From IMG/VR virus record IMGVR_UViG_3300048850_000068, positions 53,558 through 117,557 of that record: a stretch of DNA of 64,000 nucleotides; one strand, given 5' to 3'. This DNA comes from a virus. This document shows positions 19,486 through 27,726 of this stretch, piece by piece; positions within the stretch are counted from its first letter, which is position 1; each line of letters begins with the position of its first letter. The position numbers and the translations under genes are program-made. Below the pieces are notes generated by a model. It saw nothing but the letters and a program-made list of their open reading frames with translations. It was not told the origin of the DNA and did no database searches.

Positions 19486-20751
19486 TCAAAGGGAAACACC
19501 GAGGATGTGGACCTGCCGGACCGGGAACTCGAGGTCGATGCAATAACCCATGGCGTCGGCCGGGTGCTCGAGGCCCTGGCTCTTGTCCACCTCGCGGGTG
19601 CCTGGCTTGTAGATGGTCTGCTCGAGGGCCGCGATGGTCTCCCGGCAGGTCTCGTTGACGCGCATCTTCACCACGCCCTCGCCGTTGCGGAACATGCGGT
19701 TCACGGCATTGACGCGGTCGGCGATCTTCGGGTGCTTGCGGCGATACTTCAGCTTCTTGAAGCCCGCCTCGCGCAGGATGTCGAGGTCAGACTCGCCGCG
19801 GGCGTGACCACGCTGCTGGCCGGCCGGGTCCGGATAGAACACGATGGAGTTGAAATGCCGGTGATAGCGCCGTCCGAGCTCGTCGGCGGTCTCTTCGGTG
19901 TTCGAGCCGCGCAGGATCACCTCGTCGACCACCCACACCTCGCCGTTGGGCTGCGGCTGCATGATCACCGAGCTCATCGGATCGATGTTGAAGTCCTGAC
20001 CAATCCAGATCGGCAGCCGCGGATTGAACGGATACTCGCCCACATGCACCTTGCGGTCGAAGGCGTAGTAGACGCGGCCGGACATGGTCTCGAAGGACGC
20101 CTCGAACTCCTGCTTGAAGCTCTTCTCGTCCATGTTCTGCCGCGCGGCCGCGATCTCGGACCGCGGAATAAACGGCGAGGTGATCGTCGGGAACTGCCAC
20201 GACTTATAGGCATTGACGCGCCGCTTGCCCTTCTTGTCGAGGAAGGTGTCGCCGCGCTGGCCCAGCATGTAGACGTCGTAGAGCCAGTTATAGGCCTTGG
20301 GCGTGCCGATGATGATCGCCCGGCCGCGGGTCGAAGCCAGCGTCGGGTAGAGGACCTTATACCAGGTATCCGGATCGATATCCTGCGCCTCGTCGATCAC
20401 GACCATGTGCAGACCGACGCCGCGGAGCGTATCGGGCTTGTCGGCGCCCTTCAGCATGATCCGGGAGCCGTTCTGCAGCCGGATCGTCATCTGGGTTTCG
20501 TTGATCTTCTTGATCCACTTGCGCGGGATCGCGTCCTTCAGCTCATCCCAAAGGATCTGGCGCGCCATTCCGTAGGTGGGCGCCACATACCAGACCAACT
20601 GCTTCGGCTTCGAGGCAGCTTCGGTGATCAGGATCTTGGAGAGCTGCGTCTTGCCCCAGCGTCGGCCGGCGACAACCACCTTGAAGCGGCGCCGATCGCG
20701 GTAGACCTGCTGCTGGCCCTTGTGCAGACGAAGCGGATTGGCGTAGGCCAC
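19486..20751 (-). CDS. terL: Terminase large subunit
   Basis: VAGRRWGKT Walker A, VVIDEA Walker B, GTP coupling motif, GQDFN and HPADAMGY nuclease motifs. Confidence 0.95.
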   Translation of the reverse strand: MAYANPLRLHKGQQQVYRDRRRFKVVVAGRRWGKTQLSKILITEAASKPKQLVWYVAPTYGMARQILWDELKDAIPRKWIKKINETQMTIRLQNGSRIMLKGADKPDTLRGVGLHMVVIDEAQDIDPDTWYKVLYPTLASTRGRAIIIGTPKAYNWLYDVYMLGQRGDTFLDKKGKRRVNAYKSWQFPTITSPFIPRSEIAAARQNMDEKSFKQEFEASFETMSGRVYYAFDRKVHVGEYPFNPRLPIWIGQDFNIDPMSSVIMQPQPNGEVWVVDEVILRGSNTEETADELGRRYHRHFNSIVFYPDPAGQQRGHARGESDLDILREAGFKKLKYRRKHPKIADRVNAVNRMFRNGEGVVKMRVNETCRETIAALEQTIYKPGTREVDKSQGLEHPADAMGYCIDLEFPVRQVHILGVSL

Positions 20752-21392
20752 TAGCCTTCCTCCACCACTTCGTCACCGTCGCTCTCGAGAATGCTGGACA
20801 TGTCCGGCGCTTCCATCTCGGAACCGTCGTCCTCGAGATCGGCGTTGCGCATATCCTCGATCTCCTCGTCGGTGAGGACCTCGATCGGCAGGATCGGCAT
20901 GTCGTTTTCATCGACGTGGCTATCGGCGTCGAGCACCTTGTAGCGGATCTCGGTGGTGTCCTTGAGGATCGCAGCCAGGCCGCGCAGGGTCTTGACGCTG
21001 TTCTGATGCGTGGAGAAGGACGACCCGCCGGGCGTCATCGACTCCTTCATGATCTTCATCATGGCGAGATGCAGGGCTTGCGCGCCCTGGTAGGCCTGCT
21101 CCTTGGTATCCTCGATGCGCTTGTCGCGCTTTTCGGCGAAGGTCTGAGTGGCGACCGGTGCGGACGCCTTCGGGGCGTTCAATTCATGCGCACGCGACCC
21201 GAACACGACCCCGTGCTTGCGGAAGTGCTTCGAGATCGCCATAGCCGAGACGCCGTATTCCTGGGCGAGCTTGCCGCCCCGGGCCTGACCGAGTTCGAAC
21301 TTGTCACGGATCTCCTTCCACTGCGCATCGGTGAGGCGCTTGCCGGAGCCGTTCTCGTCTTCCCCTGTCTGTTCCGGGGTGTCCTCAGACAT
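20751..21392 (-). CDS. Terminase small subunit (probable)
   Basis: N-terminal HTH (LAQEYGVSAMAISKH), immediately upstream of TerL. Confidence 0.7.
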   Translation of the reverse strand: MSEDTPEQTGEDENGSGKRLTDAQWKEIRDKFELGQARGGKLAQEYGVSAMAISKHFRKHGVVFGSRAHELNAPKASAPVATQTFAEKRDKRIEDTKEQAYQGAQALHLAMMKIMKESMTPGGSSFSTHQNSVKTLRGLAAILKDTTEIRYKVLDADSHVDENDMPILPIEVLTDEEIEDMRNADLEDDGSEMEAPDMSSILESDGDEVVEEG

Positions 21393-21423
21393 TAAGTCAG
21401 TCCTTACTTATCATTCCGGACAT

Positions 21424-21508
21424 GGGAATTCCCAGAGCCGTCTGCTTACATATATAACTACTAAGTAGTAAGTAATTATATAGTAGCGCGAAGGCGTTGG
21501 GAAATCCC
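21424..21508. promoter_or_regulatory. ~85-bp inverted-repeat element upstream of TerS (copies at 36041-36122 and 36564-36636)
   Basis: GGAATTCCCAGAGCCGTCTGCTTAC...GTAGCGCGAAGGCGTTGGGAAATCC with AT-rich core. Confidence 0.6.
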
Positions 21509-21514
21509 CGGGTG

Positions 21515-21778
21515 TCAGGACACGAAAACCTTAAAAGCTTCCAGGGTTGGCTTGATGTAGAGCTTGCGCTTGCGATGCTCCCGGGCAATCAATCCATGCT
21601 TCTCGAGGAACTTGAGCGAGCACAGAATAGCCTGCTTGGACACATCCGGGCCGTAGCTCAACTTCCCCTTTAGTTCGTGAAGCTCGATGAAGTCTCCGGT
21701 ATCCCGGGCGGTGTCCATCACCAGCTTCATGATCTCCGTTTGCTTGTCGTTCTGGGCGAATTCACCTTGTCCGGGCAT
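21515..21778 (-). CDS. Small winged-helix DNA-binding protein (candidate late regulator)
   Basis: VSKQAILCSLKFLEKHGLIARE..KLYIKPT wHTH pattern. Confidence 0.6.
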   Translation of the reverse strand: MPGQGEFAQNDKQTEIMKLVMDTARDTGDFIELHELKGKLSYGPDVSKQAILCSLKFLEKHGLIAREHRKRKLYIKPTLEAFKVFVS

Positions 21779-22746
21779 CAGCAGGCGCACCTCTGGAAAG
21801 AGGCCTCCTCCGCAAACGTCTTTGCCGTGCGCCAGGCATTCCACGCCTCCCAGTTGAACGGATCGCGCGGGCCCTGCCAGTCGAACGCCTCGAGCGGCAG
21901 ACGATCCGGGAAGATCTTCTTGGGCTCGGGGTTCTTCCAGACGCCATACATCGGCGAGGCCAGGATCACCTGCTGCAGGCTCTTGATCACCTTGCGGGCG
22001 TCCATGTCGTCGACCCGGCCCTGGCCGCGGTCGCGGTTGCCGCCGGTCTTCTCGAGCGCCGAGTGGCGATAATAGAAGTCCTTGCAGGCCTGGAGCAGCT
22101 TTTCACGGGACGCGGGGTCGTGCGCCTCGAGCTCACTGATGATTGCCTCGTAATCCTGCGGGCTCGCCTCGAAGTGGCTGCGGAAGAACTTGAGGCCCTG
22201 GTCGAACTTGTTCGAGTTCATCGGCCGGACGAAGCGGAACCCGGCCTTCTGGCCGAAGATATTGAACTTCGACATGGAGCTCTGGATCTCCATGAAGGTG
22301 TTGCCCTCCATGCGCGAGACCAGGTTCATGGTGCGGTAGCCGGCGCCGATGCCGCGATACATGGTGTCCACGACGAAGCGCGAGATCACCCGGATATTCT
22401 GGTTGATCCAGACGTAGCGCTGGGTGTTGATGTGCTTGTTGTCGGACCCGGGCTTGATGTTCGGGAACGCGAGATGGCGCTCCTTCAGGAGACCCTTGGG
22501 ATTGGCCGTCACCAGCACGCCGATGGTCTCGCCGTCCAGCGTCAGCTTCCAGAAACGAGGCCCGATCGGCAGGTTTTCCGCCTTGTAGTGCAGATCGTGC
22601 AGCAGATTCCAGTCAGACGCATCACCCCGCTCGACGATCATGCGCTCAAGCAGCGAGAAACGTGCTGCCGGGGCGTTTTCGCGCTCGACGTGCGTGATGA
22701 TCGCTGGGAAAGAGAAATCGCGCTCAGTGAGCGTCCCTGTGCTCAT
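21778..22746 (-). CDS. GNAT-fold acyltransferase of the ABC-ATPase-associated (Mom-like) type
   Basis: LHY motif, ISRFVVDTMYRGIGAG acetyl-CoA motif A, MSKFN.F..KAGF. Confidence 0.75.
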   Translation of the reverse strand: MSTGTLTERDFSFPAIITHVERENAPAARFSLLERMIVERGDASDWNLLHDLHYKAENLPIGPRFWKLTLDGETIGVLVTANPKGLLKERHLAFPNIKPGSDNKHINTQRYVWINQNIRVISRFVVDTMYRGIGAGYRTMNLVSRMEGNTFMEIQSSMSKFNIFGQKAGFRFVRPMNSNKFDQGLKFFRSHFEASPQDYEAIISELEAHDPASREKLLQACKDFYYRHSALEKTGGNRDRGQGRVDDMDARKVIKSLQQVILASPMYGVWKNPEPKKIFPDRLPLEAFDWQGPRDPFNWEAWNAWRTAKTFAEEASFQRCAC

Positions 22747-23198
22747 AGCTGCGATGCCCTTCCCATCTTCACCTTACCCTTGAGACCGCGCTCCATGATC
22801 GCGTGAAACCCGTAGTCGTGGCAGACCACGCGGCCCTTGTAGGTGCCCCAGTTGTCGATATGCGTGTCGGCGAAGATCTCCGGCAGCTCCGCCGGCATCT
22901 TCTTGAGCGGCCGTGTGCGCTTCATGATCAGCACGGACCCGGAATGTGAGATCGACACGCAGGGCGCAAACCAGGGCTCCCAGGCGGTGCCCTTGACCTC
23001 ATTCCAGATATGCCACTCGGCGACGTTGCAGAATTCCTTGGTGTCGGAGTGCTCGATCTTCACGACCAGACCGGACTGCGGGCTCATGACCTCGTAGACC
23101 TCGCGATACACCCCGCCCCCTAAGCGCTTGCCCATGAGGGTCGTATTAAGCTCGTGCTGGACCGTGCGGCCCAGGCCGGTCAGCAGATCAAGCCCCAT
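22743..23198 (-). CDS. Minimal protein-kinase-like (ePK-fold) protein
   Basis: LGGGVYREVY, VVK, N.AEW, DTHIDNWG, HDYG. Confidence 0.65.
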   Translation of the reverse strand: MGLDLLTGLGRTVQHELNTTLMGKRLGGGVYREVYEVMSPQSGLVVKIEHSDTKEFCNVAEWHIWNEVKGTAWEPWFAPCVSISHSGSVLIMKRTRPLKKMPAELPEIFADTHIDNWGTYKGRVVCHDYGFHAIMERGLKGKVKMGRASQL

Positions 23199-23547
23199 CG
23201 GACGTCTCCTCGAGGCTTTCGATATGCTCCTTGACGTCCGGCACCTCGAGCGCGGCGATTTCCTCGTCGGTCAGATCGCGCACCTGCAGCGGCGGCACCA
23301 GCTCACCCGGGATGAGAAGGCCGATCGCCTCGAGCAGAATGGGCTTGGGCTGCGAGCGGCCGATGTATTGCTGCGACCAGGCCCACTCGTATTGCCACAG
23401 GTCGACCAGGTGCCCGATCGCCGTCTCGGCGTCCTCGCCCGACGGGAAGATGGCAGCCTGACCGAACTCGCCCTCCGTGAGCGGATCCTTGGTCATGAAG
23501 TTGCCCGAGAGGGTGTTGCGCAGGACGAACACGGCGAGATCGGACAT
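23188..23547 (-). CDS. Hypothetical protein
   Basis: Translationally coupled ORF (MSDLAVFV...). Confidence 0.55.
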   Translation of the reverse strand: MSDLAVFVLRNTLSGNFMTKDPLTEGEFGQAAIFPSGEDAETAIGHLVDLWQYEWAWSQQYIGRSQPKPILLEAIGLLIPGELVPPLQVRDLTDEEIAALEVPDVKEHIESLEETSDGA

Positions 23548-24020
23548 CAGTAGTTTCCTTCGCAGACCTGCAGGCAGCGAATTCCTTCCTCGCGCCACAT
23601 CTTCGTCACGCCGGCCCGATCCTCGACGGCGAAGAGAGGCTCGTAGCCGCCGGCGCGGAGCGCAGCGAGCATGTCCTTCTTCACCTCGGTATCCGGACGA
23701 TAATCGTCTTCCGGGCGCATCATCAGCGCGGTCCAGACGATCTGATGCCGCACGAGCCACTCGATCGTGACCGCTTCGGCCGAACGGCGCCGGCCCGTGA
23801 GAACCCAGACGTGATAGCCGGCCGCGGCCATGGCATTGTTCAGGGCCCGGATCTCCGGATAGACCTTGTCGCCGTCACAGGCGTCAAAGAAGGCCTGCCA
23901 CGCCTCGTCCACGGGCTTGCCCGTCTCGTGCGAGGAGTTCTTCGGCAGCAGATGCAGACGGTGATCGGCATTCGCGAGCGTGCCGTCGATGTCCATGATG
24001 ATGCAGGGCGTTGGGGTCAC
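23547..24020 (-). CDS. HAD phosphatase (T4 Pnkp 3'-phosphatase-like)
   Basis: DIDGTLA, LTGR, MRPEDDYRPD..VK, EDR. Confidence 0.85.
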   Translation of the reverse strand: MTPTPCIIMDIDGTLANADHRLHLLPKNSSHETGKPVDEAWQAFFDACDGDKVYPEIRALNNAMAAAGYHVWVLTGRRRSAEAVTIEWLVRHQIVWTALMMRPEDDYRPDTEVKKDMLAALRAGGYEPLFAVEDRAGVTKMWREEGIRCLQVCEGNY

Positions 24021-24583
24021 AGAATGCTCCAAATCCAGGCCCGCGGATTGCCCGGGCTCTGGTGCTTGACGAAAAAGTGGCGGGTTTCACGCGGAGCGAG
24101 CAGGCGCCCGTCCTGGTTGTCGAGGATGAGGGTGCCGCGGCTGGTGCGGACGGCGAGGACCGCATGGCCCTCCCCGTTCGGGTCCAAAACGACTGTGATC
24201 AACAGGACACTCGAGGGCCAACCCAGCTCCCGAAGCTGGTGCCGCTTGAGGATGACATAGTCTTCACAGTCGCCCATGCCGTCGCGCGGGAAGTCCCACA
24301 CGTCGACCTGGTTAAAGCGGTCGAGATCGCGCACGCCGAGAACGGCCTTGTTGACGCTCCGGTTGACCTGGATCAGCTCGCGCAGGCGCTTGCCGGTGAG
24401 CTCGATGGTCTCGACCGCGGGGCCGGAGACCTGGCACTCGGTCGGATTGCGGTCACAGAACGGCGCAAAGGCATACGGAGCTAAGTCAGTTCTGACTGAT
24501 GCTTGCCCACGCGCGTGAGGCGTGAAGAAGCCCAGGAGAACGAGCCCGACGACAAAGCCGATCGAGATCCGCAGCCAGCTCAC
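24017..24583 (-). CDS. Transglutaminase-like cysteine peptidase (BTLCP/LapG family), exported
   Basis: Signal peptide; GDCEDY..K, GHAVL, ILDN triad. Confidence 0.85.
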   Translation of the reverse strand: MSWLRISIGFVVGLVLLGFFTPHARGQASVRTDLAPYAFAPFCDRNPTECQVSGPAVETIELTGKRLRELIQVNRSVNKAVLGVRDLDRFNQVDVWDFPRDGMGDCEDYVILKRHQLRELGWPSSVLLITVVLDPNGEGHAVLAVRTSRGTLILDNQDGRLLAPRETRHFFVKHQSPGNPRAWIWSIL

Positions 24584-24846
24584 AGAACGCCACCCACGCG
24601 GGACGGCGAGCGCACCACGACGGCGCCGGCCGAGGTCGGCACGATGGCGCTGAGGAGGTGATAGGTCTCGCCGTGAATGTCGGCCCAGGAGCAGCCGTCG
24701 AAGATCACGACGCCGAAGCTCTCGCCGCGCAGGGTCGAGGCCACGAAATCGTCCTTCAGGCTGTCGAGCGAGGTCTCGACGACGCGGCCGGTTCGCAGGT
24801 GCACGATGTTATGATCGCCGGTGCGGCGGATGAGAAGGATGTTCAC
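24580..24846 (-). CDS. Hypothetical protein
   Basis: Overlapping start/stop with both neighbours. Confidence 0.5.
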   Translation of the reverse strand: MNILLIRRTGDHNIVHLRTGRVVETSLDSLKDDFVASTLRGESFGVVIFDGCSWADIHGETYHLLSAIVPTSAGAVVVRSPSRVGGVL

Positions 24847-25481
24847 TGGGCTTGCTCCACTTCGACGCGCTCACGGAAGCGCTTGGTGATGGTGAGGGAC
24901 GGTGCAAGGTCGGCCTTCAGGTCGGTGTGGGTGGTTGCCACCATGAGCGTCTTGCCTTGGTTGCGGGCAACCTTCTGAAGATTGAAGGCGATGACCTTCG
25001 CGGTGGTGCGATCAAGCACCGCCCCAAACTCGTCGGCGATCCAGACGTCGGCGCCGCTCTCGAGCACCTTCGCCAGCTTCAGCCGGTAACGTTGGCCGTC
25101 GGAGAGCTCCGAGGGCTTGCGAATGTAGATCCAGGCATCCGAGATGCCGGCGAGAGCAAGCAGGTGCATGCCCTCGGTGATGGTCTTGCCCACGAGCTCG
25201 ATCACGGGCCGGTCCTCGAGGGTGATCTCGTTTAGATCCGCAACCGACAGACCCTCGGCCCGCATCTGCGCGTGCAGATCCTTGAGCAGCAGAGACTTGC
25301 CGGAGCCGGACTGACCGGTGATGTAGACCACGTCGCCGGCATTCACCTCGAGGGCGAGGTTGTCGTAGATGACGAATTCCTTCTGGGACAGACCCAGCCC
25401 GAAGCCCTCGGCGACCTCGAGCACCCGCGGCGTGCGCTCGACGCTCGACGTAAACTTGCGGGTGATGGTGTAGGTGGTCAT
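24843..25481 (-). CDS. Soluble ABC ATPase (partner of GNAT acyltransferase)
   Basis: GQSGSGKS, LSDGQ signature, IADEF, TTH; no permease nearby. Confidence 0.88.
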   Translation of the reverse strand: MTTYTITRKFTSSVERTPRVLEVAEGFGLGLSQKEFVIYDNLALEVNAGDVVYITGQSGSGKSLLLKDLHAQMRAEGLSVADLNEITLEDRPVIELVGKTITEGMHLLALAGISDAWIYIRKPSELSDGQRYRLKLAKVLESGADVWIADEFGAVLDRTTAKVIAFNLQKVARNQGKTLMVATTHTDLKADLAPSLTITKRFRERVEVEQAQ

Positions 25482-25861
25482 GCGGGCTGTCCGTCGTCGT
25501 CAATCTCGTCGTCGTATTGAAGCGGATCCCCGTCGCACTCGGCCATCATCAGGAGCTCGTCGCGCAGCGTGCAGGAGGAGCCAGCCATACGGTAATAGCC
25601 GGCTCGGTTCTGCTCGCCCGGGGCGGGCGTGTGATACATGACCGGAACCCAGTTCTCCGGATCGAAGGCCATCGCCACGAGCCCGACGAGCTCGCCCTTG
25701 CGGAGCTTCTCGAGCAGGTTTTCGACCGCCCCGATGGCGACGACGTCGATATCGCCGGCCTTGAGCGGTTCGCTTTCCTTGAGCTCCACCGGTGACGGCG
25801 CCTGGTAGGGGCGCCGGTCGAGGCGGATGACCTTGGTCTCTGGTGTATCCTGGTCCGACAT
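25478..25861 (-). CDS. Hypothetical protein
   Basis: Coupled ORF. Confidence 0.55.
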   Translation of the reverse strand: MSDQDTPETKVIRLDRRPYQAPSPVELKESEPLKAGDIDVVAIGAVENLLEKLRKGELVGLVAMAFDPENWVPVMYHTPAPGEQNRAGYYRMAGSSCTLRDELLMMAECDGDPLQYDDEIDDDGQPA

Positions 25862-25881
25862 GTTCAGTCAATCCTGACTTA

Positions 25882-26574
25882 TTAATCGAGGCGATCAGCA
25901 ACTTCGGAAAGCGCGGCGATGAGAGCTTCCGGGCCCTGCAGCCCGCCCTTGGTCTCGATGCGGCTCATGAAGTTTCGAATTTCACGGGACTGGGCGACCG
26001 TCACGCGCTTGAAGCCGAGGGCGTCCCCGACCGGGGCCAGAGAGCCGTCGACGTCCTTGGCCTTCTGGGTGTTCTCGGTCTTCTGCTCCTCGACAGCCTC
26101 GCCGATATCGTCCACGAACACGTCGTCCTCGACGTTGAACTCGCCGAGGTCTGCTGCCATGAAATCGAGCGTCTTGGCGTCAAAGCCCAGACTGTCCATG
26201 TCGAAGCCGGTCTCGTAGAGCGCGGCGAGCTCGGCCTGCAGCACTTCCGTATCGTATTCCTTGCCGGCGACCTCGTTATCGGACAGGCGCAGGGCGTTGG
26301 CTTCGGCTTCGGTCAGATCCGAACGGACGATGACCGGCACCTTCTTGAAGCGCTCGTCGCCATTGTCGCGCAGCAGGATCGAGGCCAGGCGCCGGCCGTG
26401 GCCGGCGATGATCACGCCGTCGGTCCAGACCTGGATCGGGTTCGAGATCCGGAACTTGGCAAGGCTCTTCGAGAGCTTCTCGACCTCGGCCGGCGGGTGC
26501 TTCTTGGGGTTGTTCGGATAGGGAACCAGGCGGTCGAGATCCCAGAACTCGATTACGGGCTTGTGCTCACTCAT
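25882..26574 (-). CDS. ParB/Srx-domain protein
   Basis: LVPYPNNPKKH, IIAGHGRRLA, RLSDN. Confidence 0.88.
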   Translation of the reverse strand: MSEHKPVIEFWDLDRLVPYPNNPKKHPPAEVEKLSKSLAKFRISNPIQVWTDGVIIAGHGRRLASILLRDNGDERFKKVPVIVRSDLTEAEANALRLSDNEVAGKEYDTEVLQAELAALYETGFDMDSLGFDAKTLDFMAADLGEFNVEDDVFVDDIGEAVEEQKTENTQKAKDVDGSLAPVGDALGFKRVTVAQSREIRNFMSRIETKGGLQGPEALIAALSEVADRLD

Positions 26575-26749
26575 CGTCGGTCATTCCTGCAACAATTTCC
26601 TGGAGCTCGTCGGCGTCCGGGAGGGCCTTTTCTTCCACCTTCTCCTCGAAGAACTCGCCGGCGCCGCAGCGCAGGCAGTTCACATTGAGACGGCGGGCAT
26701 TCCAGAAGACGCAGCGCCGGCAATCGTCATGGCGGGGCTCATGCGGCAT
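26567..26749 (-). CDS. Small CxxC..CxxC zinc-binding protein
   Basis: CRRC..CLRC; coupled to neighbours. Confidence 0.5.
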   Translation of the reverse strand: MPHEPRHDDCRRCVFWNARRLNVNCLRCGAGEFFEEKVEEKALPDADELQEIVAGMTDDE

Positions 26750-26987
26750 AGGAAGCTCCCGGGAAGGGGTCTTCGTTCAGCGCGGGAGCCGGGCGAATCT
26801 CGCCGACATAGAGGGCGTTGCGCAGGTATCCCCGCTGCGAGGCGCCCTTCTTGTAGAATTCGTAGGCCTGGCCGTCGGACCGGACCCAGTAGAAGTGAAC
26901 CCGGCCGCGGCGGTTGCGCATCAGGCGCACATTCGACCCGCCGCAGAGCAGAGCCACGAGAAAGCAATTGCCCGGAAACCGCATCAC
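26739..26987 (-). CDS. Hypothetical protein
   Basis: Coupled ORF. Confidence 0.45.
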   Translation of the reverse strand: MMRFPGNCFLVALLCGGSNVRLMRNRRGRVHFYWVRSDGQAYEFYKKGASQRGYLRNALYVGEIRPAPALNEDPFPGASYAA

Positions 26988-27658
26988 TCGGTCTCCTCGT
27001 CCTCGGTCTTGCCGCCCAGCAGCAGGAAGACCAGGGCATCGCCGGCATTGGTGAGCTCGTCGCCAGAGGTGAAGCCGTGCTTCTTCTGGGTCTTGGCGAT
27101 CAGAGCGGTGATGCTCTCGGCATCGGTGAGACCGACCTTATAGCGCTGGATCGTATGCGTCTTCGGCGCTGTTGCCTGGGGTGGCTCAGGCTTTTCGTCG
27201 GTCTTCGTATAGTTTTCGTCAATATCCAAGTCATCAAGTGCTATATCTACACTTGAGAAGATCGAACGAATATCAGCATCAGAATAAGGAAGGATCGCTT
27301 GAACTTCATCCCCGCCCAGTTCTTCGAGGAGCTTTGCCAATTCGATCGTGTCATCGGCGCCGTAACGGGCATTGTCGGCGAGCATGATCTTCTTGGCGAT
27401 GTCATCGGACACGGTGCCGATGTTCCAGACGTCGATCTTAGTCCAGCCCTTGTTCTTGGCCTGGTCCCAGCGGTGCTCGCCGCCGAGGATCTCGTAGGGC
27501 GTATCGGTCTCCCCGGTCTCCCGAACCACGATCGGCTTGAAGAAGGGCAGCTCGTCGAGCGAGTTGGCGATCTTGTCCTCGTTCTCCGGGGTCACGATGT
27601 TCGTGTTCCACGGATTCGGGCGCAGCAGATCGATATCGACAGAAAGGTGTTGGGGCAC
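26984..27658 (-). CDS. ParB/Srx-domain protein
   Basis: LRPNPWNTN, ILGGEHRW, LADN. Confidence 0.88.
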   Translation of the reverse strand: MPQHLSVDIDLLRPNPWNTNIVTPENEDKIANSLDELPFFKPIVVRETGETDTPYEILGGEHRWDQAKNKGWTKIDVWNIGTVSDDIAKKIMLADNARYGADDTIELAKLLEELGGDEVQAILPYSDADIRSIFSSVDIALDDLDIDENYTKTDEKPEPPQATAPKTHTIQRYKVGLTDAESITALIAKTQKKHGFTSGDELTNAGDALVFLLLGGKTEDEETE

Positions 27659-27726
27659 CAGGGGTTCCTATGCTAAGTCAGTAATGACTTATCATAGATC
27701 CATCAGAAGGCAAGTGGCAATCAGTA

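Noticed and set aside
24843-25481. ABC transporter
   Set aside because: No membrane or substrate-binding partner; context fits a soluble ATPase paired with the GNAT protein.
25882-27658. ParB genes as the partition partner of parA
   Set aside because: parA has its own coupled RHH gene; these ParB-domain genes lie in the terminase-linked operon.
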